Origin: Candidatus Sumerlaeaceae bacterium
Lineage (GTDB): Bacteria; Sumerlaeota; Sumerlaeia; Sumerlaeales; Sumerlaeaceae
DNA length: 61,917 nucleotides
Direction of reading: 5' to 3'
Assembly (NCBI GenBank): GCA_051003195.1
Contig: JBPCLP010000046.1
Span: 1 to 61,917 of the forward strand
Part shown: one piece after another, positions 29,135 to 37,579 of the stretch
How the letters are laid out: each line of letters opens with the position of its first letter
Position numbering within the stretch: the stretch's first letter is position 1
The notes under the pieces: model-generated
What the model was told of the DNA's origin: nothing
The model's database searches: none
What the model saw: only the letters and a program-made list of their open reading frames with translations
Position numbers and translations under genes: made by a program

Positions 29135-31447
29135 ATGCCGATTATTGGCCAGGTCGGACGCCGTTCCGCCGGAACACGGCTTGTGCATCTCCTGATTCAT
29201 GCCGTTCTTTTGGCCGGAGCCGTCTGTATGATTTATCCCCTGCTGCTAATCCTTGCCGGTTCCGTGCGAACCAACAGCCAGACGTCCGTCATCCAGCTGG
29301 TCCCCGAGTATCTTTTCAGTGACCGCGCCTTGTTCCGCGTGTACGTGGAGACAAAATACAATGACAACATCGCTTTTGCAGCAATGTGCCACGCGCAATC
29401 CTACTATGCATTCAAGGACGTGGAGCCACCTGTAGCCGAGCGAGCCGGGGCGGTCGCAGACTGGCGCGAGTATCTGCGGCAATTCAAACCATCTGTGACA
29501 CAATACCCATTAGGCTTCGCTGAAGGACTCGGGGTAAAACCCATGCACCAGCGGCTTTACCTGTCCGGCCTTCAGAAACGCTACCATGGCGACATTGAAG
29601 CCATGAACAGGGAGTTTCGCACCTTCTTTGCCACCTGGTGGCAGCTTCCGACGCCGCCCCAGGATTATTACCGGCGCGATTTGCCCCTCAAATCGACCCC
29701 CTTCATGCGCGACTTCCAGCATTACTGCGAGCGCCAACCTGACCATGACCGCTTCGTCTTTTTCCTCCAGACATTATTTACAGACAATGTGCTGAAATTT
29801 AAATACTCCGGGCGCATAGACCGATTGAACGCGGCCCTTGAAACCTCGTACGCATCGTACCGCCATATAGAGGTTCCGGATACCTGCCCTGCCAAAGGTC
29901 ATCCGCTTCGTCCGCTGTGGGAAGAGTTTGTGCGCACTGGTCTGAGCTTGCAGTATGTTCGCGCGCGGCCTGAAGCCCTGACAGCCTGGCAGGCGCTGTT
30001 GACCGAACGCTACGGAACGATCGACGCATACAACCGGAAGTTCAATGGAACTTATGCCTCCTTCCATGAGGTGCCACTGCATGATACCCCCCCGCTGCAC
30101 GGAGAAGCGCTCTCAGACTGGGAATCATTCATCAGTCAACGCGTCCAGGCGGAACACCTTCAACTCGTTGCACCGGAGTTCGGTTACCGCCAGTTCCTTC
30201 AGAAAAAGTACAGTAGTGTGGATGCGCTCAACAAATCCCACGGCACCGGATATAACTCAGTTGAGAAGGTGCCATTAACCAGGGACGCGCCAGCGGCAAA
30301 TCGCATCCAGTATGCGGACTGGATGGATTTCGTTTCGTCGAAAATTTCAGTTGAGGATCTGGCGCTGGACGCGGCAGCCGCACCGGATTATGAGCGCTAT
30401 TTAATCACCTTGTACCACGGCGGAAAGGATCCATCCTCCGATCTCCGCCCTTTTCTAAACCGCCTCAGCGAAGTGCACGGCCGGAAATATCAGCACCTGT
30501 CGGATATAGCCATGCTGCGTCCTCCTCTGCGTCTGACCAAAACTGAACGTGATGACTGGCAACGCTTTGCGACCCAGATAGTGGACAAGACCTACTACCG
30601 CATCGATGAGCGAAAGCATAAGAGCGAGTGGCATGCCTTTCTCCAGTCGCGCTATGGAAACGCGAATCGCCTGAACGAAGCCTGGGGTCTCCACTACGCC
30701 AACTTCAACCAGGTGCTTCCGCCGCAGCTTGAAAACGACTGGTCATGGATGCAGCACCAGAAATGGGAAGTCCGCTGGGAACTTACGAAACGAAACTTTC
30801 TCTGCGTGCTGGACTTTCTTCTCTTTAACGGGCGAGGTTTCAGCAACACCTTCATATACTGCCTCTTAGCGGTAATCACCGCACTCCTGTTTAACCCGCT
30901 TGCCGCTTATGCAATGTCGCGTTATCAGCTTTCCACATCGTACAAAATTCTTCTGTTCTGTATGATGACAGTCGCGTTCCCGCCGATAGTCCTGGGTATC
31001 CCTAACTTTCTTCAGCTCAAAGAGCTGGGTCTGCTCAATTCCTTCTGGGCGCTGGTGCTTCCCGGAATGGCAAACGGATATTCCATCTTTCTGCTGAAAG
31101 GGTTCTTTGACAGTCTGCCGCGCGAATTGTATGAGTCGGCCTCCATTGATGGTGCCGGAGAATGGACCATGTTCTGGACCATCACGATGTCACTTTCCCG
31201 ACCGATTTTAGCAGTGATTGCGTTAGCGGCGTTCACGGTTGCTTATTCCGACTTCATGTTCGCGTTCATTGTCTGTCAGGACGAACGCATGTGGACCCTC
31301 ATGGTTTGGCTGTACCAGCTACAGGCTATGTCTAACCAGGCAGTCGTGTTTGCATCAATCCTCCTGGCCGCAATCCCCCCGTTTCTCATCTTCGTGCTCT
31401 GCCAGAACGTAATCATGCGTGGGATTGTAGTACCCGTCGACAAATAA
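29135..31447 (+). CDS. MalG-type carbohydrate ABC permease with a large extracytoplasmic insertion
   Basis: N-terminal TM helix, about 500-aa insert, then FFDSLPRELYESASIDGAGE EAA loop. Confidence 0.88.
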   Translation: MPIIGQVGRRSAGTRLVHLLIHAVLLAGAVCMIYPLLLILAGSVRTNSQTSVIQLVPEYLFSDRALFRVYVETKYNDNIAFAAMCHAQSYYAFKDVEPPVAERAGAVADWREYLRQFKPSVTQYPLGFAEGLGVKPMHQRLYLSGLQKRYHGDIEAMNREFRTFFATWWQLPTPPQDYYRRDLPLKSTPFMRDFQHYCERQPDHDRFVFFLQTLFTDNVLKFKYSGRIDRLNAALETSYASYRHIEVPDTCPAKGHPLRPLWEEFVRTGLSLQYVRARPEALTAWQALLTERYGTIDAYNRKFNGTYASFHEVPLHDTPPLHGEALSDWESFISQRVQAEHLQLVAPEFGYRQFLQKKYSSVDALNKSHGTGYNSVEKVPLTRDAPAANRIQYADWMDFVSSKISVEDLALDAAAAPDYERYLITLYHGGKDPSSDLRPFLNRLSEVHGRKYQHLSDIAMLRPPLRLTKTERDDWQRFATQIVDKTYYRIDERKHKSEWHAFLQSRYGNANRLNEAWGLHYANFNQVLPPQLENDWSWMQHQKWEVRWELTKRNFLCVLDFLLFNGRGFSNTFIYCLLAVITALLFNPLAAYAMSRYQLSTSYKILLFCMMTVAFPPIVLGIPNFLQLKELGLLNSFWALVLPGMANGYSIFLLKGFFDSLPRELYESASIDGAGEWTMFWTITMSLSRPILAVIALAAFTVAYSDFMFAFIVCQDERMWTLMVWLYQLQAMSNQAVVFASILLAAIPPFLIFVLCQNVIMRGIVVPVDK

Positions 31448-31757
31448 GTCGCGCAGGTCAGGCTTCAGTCCGTAACTGCGAGCCGCAAACCTCGATTACC
31501 CTGGCAGTTTATATTACCGAACGTGGTGATCACACCTTCCCTCCTGCGTGTTCTGTGGCTATGCCGATCCGGGACCGCAGAGGGCTCGGGATTTGGGAAG
31601 TTCTGGATGCGACGATTGCAGGCGGAGTTTCTCGTTTTTTTCTGTTCAAAGCCATCTGCGCGGTTACTAATCGAACTTTCGCAACTCGACTTCGAAAACA
31701 ACTATTTTTAGGGGTGCGAAGGGGTCCGCGCGCTCCTCGTGAAATATGGAATTGTTC

Positions 31758-31792
31758 GCCAGCGCTGGTTCGAATCCCGTACCCGGGTGCCA
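31758..31792 (+). repeat. att-like site 7: GCCAGCGCTGGTTCGAATCCCGTACCCGGGTGCCA
   Basis: Matches 1202-1234. Confidence 0.8.
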
Positions 31793-31901
31793 AGCACCCT
31801 CTTTTCGACGTTGGCTTATGAAACAGGTTACTCGGGTAGAAGCGGCAGAACTCCTCCCGGACATGAAAAGGCAGAATTTAAATTAGCCGTCCCTCATTAT
31901 T

Positions 31902-31941
31902 TGCCTTCTGGCGGAATTCGCAAGATCTGTAATTCGATTAA
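31902..31941 (+). repeat. Partial family-A arm fragment without a core
   Basis: tgccttctggcggaattcgcaagatctgtaattcgattaa resembles 1102-1141 and 21559-21598. Confidence 0.65.
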
Positions 31942-31968
31942 GCGAGCGATTTGGTCGAATCGATGTGA

Positions 31969-33411
31969 TCAAAGGTTCGCCGGGGTCGACTTGTGAACCA
32001 CAATCACACGGAAACCAACCCACGGATAGGAATACTGCAGGTTTACGAACTCGCGGCACGCCGACCTGCAATCGGTCGAGAACGACGACCACGCACCGCC
32101 GCGCACGAAGGGGGACGAACTCTCGCGTTGGCGCCCATAGCTCTCGCACCATTCCGCCATATTCCCATGCATGTCATGAAGGCCCCACGCATTGGGTGGA
32201 TAACTGCCTACCTGCGTGGACTTGGCTGGCGGCAACGGCTCATGGCGGAGCGTAACGTTCTTCGCCTCCTTGAAGTTGGCCTGTTCGGGTGAGAGGGTCT
32301 GACCGAAAGCGTATGGCGTCGTTGTACCTGCGCGGCAGGCATACTCCCATTGCGACTCCTCGGGCAACGTATAGGTTTTGTCGGCAAGCCAGCTCAATTT
32401 TCGGCAGAAATCCAGTGCATCCGCCCACAGGATGCCGTCGGCCGGATTCTCAGGACCGGGAAAGGCGAACTTGCGCGCTCCCATCATGGCCTCCCATTGC
32501 GCTTGTGTAACCTCGTGCTTCCCGATCCAGAATCCAGTGAGCGTAACCGTCGTCTGTTGCAACTCGTCATCGGGCAACCTGCCTGCTTCGTCTTCCGGAC
32601 TGCCCATCAGAAATGTTCCAGCCGGCATCCAAACCATTTCAAGACTTACCCCCTCACCGAAATCCTCCACGAAGTTCTTGCCTTCCTGGACGAGCACGGT
32701 CGGTAACATCTGCCAAGGTGCCGGCGTGGGTGTGGGTGTGGGTGTGGGACTCGGCTGCGGTGGATGTGGTGTGGGTGCCGGCCACGCATGAACGGCCCGA
32801 GCCAATTGCCTCTTTTTGTGAAGCCGTTCCGCGTTCCAAACCACAAAAGCCGGCGACGCCAGCACGGCGATCGTCAGCACCAAAACAGGGAACGCATGCG
32901 ACGAACGCCCCCATGAGCCTGCAACCTCTCCGCCCGATCCTGAAGGAGACAGTTGGCGCCGGTACAAAGCGGTCAATGCTATGGCCTGGGCAGTGACCCA
33001 GGGCCAGTAGGCTATACCGATTCTCTGGTCGCCGTCGCTGCCCCAGCTTAGGGCGAAAAAGAAGGCTACAGCGGCGGCCAGCCCGATAACTCCCGCGTTT
33101 AACAGAAAGCGCCTTGCTCGGGCCTGGTGAAACATCCGTTGCAGGAGTGTCGCCCAAATCGGGACATTGCCGAACAGACCCAGAGCCGCGGCAAGCATCA
33201 GCAACGCACTGCTCCTGTGTGGCTCCAGAAAGGGGAGCGCCAAAAGCGCAACTGCGGCATAGAATGGGGCCAGCACACCCGGCAGGTTGCCAGCACCCAT
33301 TCCCGTTCCGGTATGCGTTGTTATCGCAGGCATGACCGGCAGCGCCGAGGCAATTCCATAGAGAGCCCATGCCCAGAACATCCGGGTTTTTAAGTAACTG
33401 CCTATTATCAT
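31969..33411 (-). CDS. Membrane protein with Pro/Thr linker and C-terminal formylglycine-generating-enzyme (SUMF1) domain
   Basis: FLMGSP, EVTQAQW, LPEESQWEYACRAG, NAWGLHDMHGN, RGGAW, GFRV. Confidence 0.88.
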   Translation of the reverse strand: MIIGSYLKTRMFWAWALYGIASALPVMPAITTHTGTGMGAGNLPGVLAPFYAAVALLALPFLEPHRSSALLMLAAALGLFGNVPIWATLLQRMFHQARARRFLLNAGVIGLAAAVAFFFALSWGSDGDQRIGIAYWPWVTAQAIALTALYRRQLSPSGSGGEVAGSWGRSSHAFPVLVLTIAVLASPAFVVWNAERLHKKRQLARAVHAWPAPTPHPPQPSPTPTPTPTPAPWQMLPTVLVQEGKNFVEDFGEGVSLEMVWMPAGTFLMGSPEDEAGRLPDDELQQTTVTLTGFWIGKHEVTQAQWEAMMGARKFAFPGPENPADGILWADALDFCRKLSWLADKTYTLPEESQWEYACRAGTTTPYAFGQTLSPEQANFKEAKNVTLRHEPLPPAKSTQVGSYPPNAWGLHDMHGNMAEWCESYGRQRESSSPFVRGGAWSSFSTDCRSACREFVNLQYSYPWVGFRVIVVHKSTPANL

Positions 33412-33670
33412 CGTATCACTTTATTGCTCTTCATGCATGTGCTTATAATCACTAGAGTTTTCGTGAAGCGAGAACTTCAAGAGATTCGCGCCAGCAAGCG
33501 CTTGACGATACCCCATAGTCTATTACCCCTGCTTTCTATCCTACGGCGTTACCCTCGAGATCGTCACCGGAATCGCATGAATGAAATGCACCTGAAGGGC
33601 GTCCACCACGGGTCGGCATGAACCGACGCAGTTCGACCATCAGTCCCCCTAGAAGTTTGTGAATGCGAGA

Positions 33671-33744
33671 TCGCCGCTCTTCCGAGATTCGCCACTGCAA
33701 ATGAGTGTACCCAGAGGTTTGTACCGGATACTGGGTACCACTCC
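33671..33744 (+). repeat. att-like site 8: family-B arm plus core GGTTTGTACCGGATACTGGGTACCA
   Basis: Matches 25105-25173. Confidence 0.8.
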
Positions 33745-33864
33745 ACCTGCGCAAAGAGAAAGCGACGTGGACCAAAGCCCACCTCAGTTGACTTGCCCGT
33801 TGAACGAACTTGTACAAAGTGTTAAGTGTCACCGCAGTTCATAAGTTGAGCAGTCACCAATACT

Positions 33865-36333
33865 TCATTTTATGCTCCACAGTGCAATCTTGTTGTCGTC
33901 TCCTGTTGAGGCCAGCATAGAATCGTCTGGAGAAAATGCGAGCTTTGTTGTATAGGCAGGGTGCGCCCGACAAGTCGCGCGCAACGTGCCTGTACGTGCG
34001 TCATAAACGTGAATCTCGCCAATAGAGCTTCCGCAGGCCGCCAAACGGCCATCGTGGCTGAGAGCTACCACCGAATAGTAAAAAGTGGGCTGCTGAGTTT
34101 TCCAGATTTCACGTTCCTTATCGCCAGCGATATTGAACATTGCGAGCCGCCCCTCCCACTCCCACTTCCCGACGCGCTCATTCGCCTGTCCCCATGAAGT
34201 CAGCAGATGCCCTTCGTCAGCTGATATTGCATAATCTTTAGGATGCCACTTCCCGTCTTCGCGAGTGTACCACGAAACACTTCTAGAAATGACGGGGTCA
34301 TGCGGTTTCCAAAATTTTAAGGAGTAGAACTCTTGCAGGCCAATCCAGGTGCCTGTCCGGGACAAGCGCAGCATGGATATGTTCCCTGTCCATTCTGAGG
34401 GTTCGAATCGAGAAATCTCACGTCCCGAAATTGTTTCGTAGCAGACAATGGGATTGTCGGATTGCTTATAGCCGTTCTCAGCGAGGGCGACCAGCAATCC
34501 CGTTTCTGTGATTGTCGATCCTTTGCGATTATAAAAAAGCTGGTTGATTCCACTCGTCACGTCCCAACGAAAACAAACGTTCTCGCGATTACGCGTGACT
34601 ACAGTGTTGTCCGCCAAAACGCCTACGAGTATTTGCTCGGGAATTCGGCGCAATTCGTTAGCTTTGGAAGCGTCGAAGACTCGGACTTCCCACGCTGAAG
34701 AATCCCTGTTGTTTGGTCCAGGATCTCCGCCCACAGATCCTATTATGAACCCGTTCCCAATGGAAAGCCTGGTCAGCTTGAATCCCGTTTTAATTTCAAA
34801 GGGAAGCGGCTGGAGCTGCCGAACTTGAGAAGTGGTTTCAACTATGGTACTATTGTAACCCACGAGTTCGACTGTAGCAGGACCGCGCGGTTGGCTTAAC
34901 GCTGTTCCTGCAGCTGTGAGTGCAATGCTCGCGTTTTTCGGCGTCGCTGAGGCTGAAGCCACGTTTTCAACCCGCCACCCCGCCTCACTGGGCGTGTTGT
35001 CCGGCAGCCGTATAAGACTCGGCATCGCCAACTCGTATATCGCGCCGGCAGCATAGCCGAGAAACAGTGCCAGCGCCTTACCTGGGCCACTGGTTTCCTT
35101 TTTTGTCGTAAAGATGAGGCTGTACTTGCGCCACGTGTCGTCAATGTGAACGGTGCTCTGCACATGCGTGGGCCAGTCCGGTTCACCACCGCGATCAAAG
35201 CGAAACGTAATCTGGCAGCGCGGATCATTCGGGGAACAACGTACGAGAGAACGCGCCCAAAAACTGAACTGCATCCTCTGCCCGGGCGCCACGCCTTGCC
35301 TGATTGTCCGCATCAGCTTGAATTCATAGGGCAAGGACGGTTTCCGCTGAAGTTCGACTCGCAATCCGTAGGGCACACCCAGCAGATTGATTGGAACAAT
35401 GCGGTTTCCTCCGCATTTTTGTGGATCGTATAGCCCCAAACCAAGGTCGCCCTTACGCCGTGATTCGACGGTGGGAAACAGTTCAATACCGACTTGAAAT
35501 GGGACCGGCGTCGGAGCTGACGCTATGGCTGTCGCATCCGGGATATCTCCTACGCGTTCAGTTAGTCGAACGTAATCAAACTTCGCATCCGGTGGGTCAT
35601 TCGGGATAACATGGTTGAAGGAAAAAACGCTTAGTTTACCTGTGGGATAGCTCCAATTCCACACGTGCATCAACTTCCAGTCGCGGCCATTTGTCGAATG
35701 CATGGCAGCCATCCGGTGATCGTTGCGGATAAGCCGGAAGTAGTGATCCCCAGGAGGAACCTGCGTAATGCCGAACGGTTTGCCCTCGCCCCCGTCTTTC
35801 ACATAGCAGGAAGCTTCCATCATCCGTCCTCCGAAAAACAGCTTCAGATGCACAAAGCTGTTCTCGCCCGATGTAAGCCCCAGCCCAGCATGCGTATTCG
35901 GCGCGGTCGGGGAGAAATGTAGCTTCGTCTCGGCCGTAAACACGCTGCTTGGGACTGGCTGAAGCAGCGTACCTCCATGAAGCATAATCCAGCCGGGTTC
36001 TGCCGATCTGATCTGCCCACCCTTGTCCCATCGTTCCCATCTGGAGTCCGGAGAGCCTGATTGAAACTCGTCACCGAATACCGCGCCTGTCAGAGGTGCT
36101 GGAGGTGTCGACTGGTGTGAGCCTGTCTCCTGGCGGTTGCAGCCAGTGGAAATGCAGCAAAGCAAAAATAGCGCTAGTGGAATGACGGGAATACAAACGC
36201 CTGCCCGACCGAACGAGAACGCAGAGGATTCGCCTGCGCAGGCACCACAAGTCGGCGCTCCTTCGCAGTCGTGCGTTCCTAGCGGTTTAGAAGATGGCTC
36301 GATAAGCGGTAAAGGGTGAACGCGATTTTTCAT
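33865..36333 (-). CDS. Multidomain lipoprotein: ConA-like, CBM-like and WD40 beta-propeller
   Basis: STGC lipobox-like sequence; DEFQ..W..FDYVR; FSFWAR..WRKYS; AFSPDDSMLASTGDDNKIALW. Confidence 0.7.
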   Translation of the reverse strand: MKNRVHPLPLIEPSSKPLGTHDCEGAPTCGACAGESSAFSFGRAGVCIPVIPLALFLLCCISTGCNRQETGSHQSTPPAPLTGAVFGDEFQSGSPDSRWERWDKGGQIRSAEPGWIMLHGGTLLQPVPSSVFTAETKLHFSPTAPNTHAGLGLTSGENSFVHLKLFFGGRMMEASCYVKDGGEGKPFGITQVPPGDHYFRLIRNDHRMAAMHSTNGRDWKLMHVWNWSYPTGKLSVFSFNHVIPNDPPDAKFDYVRLTERVGDIPDATAIASAPTPVPFQVGIELFPTVESRRKGDLGLGLYDPQKCGGNRIVPINLLGVPYGLRVELQRKPSLPYEFKLMRTIRQGVAPGQRMQFSFWARSLVRCSPNDPRCQITFRFDRGGEPDWPTHVQSTVHIDDTWRKYSLIFTTKKETSGPGKALALFLGYAAGAIYELAMPSLIRLPDNTPSEAGWRVENVASASATPKNASIALTAAGTALSQPRGPATVELVGYNSTIVETTSQVRQLQPLPFEIKTGFKLTRLSIGNGFIIGSVGGDPGPNNRDSSAWEVRVFDASKANELRRIPEQILVGVLADNTVVTRNRENVCFRWDVTSGINQLFYNRKGSTITETGLLVALAENGYKQSDNPIVCYETISGREISRFEPSEWTGNISMLRLSRTGTWIGLQEFYSLKFWKPHDPVISRSVSWYTREDGKWHPKDYAISADEGHLLTSWGQANERVGKWEWEGRLAMFNIAGDKEREIWKTQQPTFYYSVVALSHDGRLAACGSSIGEIHVYDARTGTLRATCRAHPAYTTKLAFSPDDSMLASTGDDNKIALWSIK

Positions 36334-37228
36334 GCTTCATCGCTTCTCAAAAAGATTTAATTTGGAATTGCTATTTGGCGGGTCGCTGATCAGAAAATTT
36401 CCTATGCGCATAGGACACCACGGCGAACACCGGATGGCTCCGCACGCATGCCCCGCCGCTCTTACGCGGTGGTGCGAGAGCCAGACTCAAAGCATCGAGG
36501 TCTGGGACTCCAAGGGATATTGCGTCATGGTGAACGCTGCCTGGCGGGCGTTGTGGCGCATGCCCGCCAAGGTGCTGATCGGCTCCGGCTACAACATATT
36601 GACTGACCAGCAGCTACATGCAAAGCCCGTATGGCTGGCGCTCCGCCTGGGATTTGCGGGGCACACATCAGTGTACGCTGATACGCCTCTTTCGCACTAC
36701 GATCCCAGGCGTGAGGATGGCCGGCCGGGCCGTACAAGGCTGACCGAAGGCTGTGTTGTTCCTGTGTGGACTGGCAATGACCAGACCGACGAGCGCGGAC
36801 CAGCTTTTACTATCATTATGCTGAATGATGTAACCGACGCTGCAAAACGACGGCTGAAGATGCAGCGGGCGGCGGAATCGCTGCAGTCGATGTTCTTAAA
36901 GGAAGTGCATTCAGCCGCGATTACCACGCCATGGGCGCGTCTATTGCGAGCACCGCAGCCGCAAGAGGATACCCTCACCTGTGTTGAGGCCCAGGCTGTG
37001 TTTCTGCTGTCGCTCGGCTGCACAGTTAAGGACATCGCTGGAGCGCTTCAGAAGTCTGAAAAGACAGTGTATGTTCAACTTCAGTCCTCCTGCCGCAAAC
37101 TAGGGCTTATCTCTATAGCCGAGCTTACGGTGTACTCATGCCGATGGCAGCACGTCTTAGGGGCCGCTGGAATTCGTGGATCTGTGGAGGCTTCGTATAG
37201 CATTTTGAGAAACACACACAAGTTGTAG
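36332..37228 (+). CDS. PAS-domain / LuxR-type HTH transcriptional regulator (start uncertain)
   Basis: WDSKG..VMVNAAWRAL PAS-like segment; LT..E..V..LL..G.TVKDIA..L.KSEKTV. Confidence 0.75.
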   Translation: MLHRFSKRFNLELLFGGSLIRKFPMRIGHHGEHRMAPHACPAALTRWCESQTQSIEVWDSKGYCVMVNAAWRALWRMPAKVLIGSGYNILTDQQLHAKPVWLALRLGFAGHTSVYADTPLSHYDPRREDGRPGRTRLTEGCVVPVWTGNDQTDERGPAFTIIMLNDVTDAAKRRLKMQRAAESLQSMFLKEVHSAAITTPWARLLRAPQPQEDTLTCVEAQAVFLLSLGCTVKDIAGALQKSEKTVYVQLQSSCRKLGLISIAELTVYSCRWQHVLGAAGIRGSVEASYSILRNTHKL

Positions 37229-37265
37229 CAGCAGAGATGACTTAGCTTTAGGTTCGGCGCTGACC

Positions 37266-37370
37266 TTCTACCTCAACAAAGTGTACCCAAGGGTTTGGAT
37301 AACCGGTACCATTCATTTTGCTCGAGGCGATTTGACGTGCACGGATCCCGTGCACGTGCACGAAAAACTC
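37266..37370 (+). repeat. att-like site 9 (most degenerate): GTGTACCCAAGGGTTTGGATAACCGGTACCATTC...CGTGCACGTGCACG
   Basis: Left flank resembles site 3; right flank resembles sites 5 and 6. Confidence 0.68.
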
Positions 37371-37579
37371 TCCAGCAAAGCGATTGCGTTGATCGGTGCA
37401 GATGAACTCAATACGTGCCTGTCCTCGAAATCCCCGATTTTCCACTCCTTACTTGTCGTCCCAGCTGCCTTGTAACATTTGCGGGATTTACCGACTTGTA
37501 TGCAAAAAAGCTATACCTAAACTTTCCCGGTTCACTGCGGACTTAAATACAAGACTGGGCAAGTTCGCAACAGATACTG

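Noticed and set aside
31969..32120. Active DGR targeting the FGE/C-type-lectin-fold C-terminus, with the four-helix bundle as Avd
   Set aside because: No reverse transcriptase or template repeat is seen, the codons are not NNY-biased, and the four-helix gene is broken.
32723..32778. (GTGTGG)n tandem repeat as a regulatory or telomere-like repeat
   Set aside because: It encodes the Pro-Thr linker of the minus-strand FGE protein.
33671..33700. Minus-strand tRNA-Leu D-arm resemblance (GCAGTGGCGAATCTCGGAAGAGCG) in the L2 arms
   Set aside because: Short match with no remaining cloverleaf; may be chance.
1054..37370. CRISPR array interpretation of the recurring core
   Set aside because: Spacing is kilobases with genes in between, and there are no cas genes.
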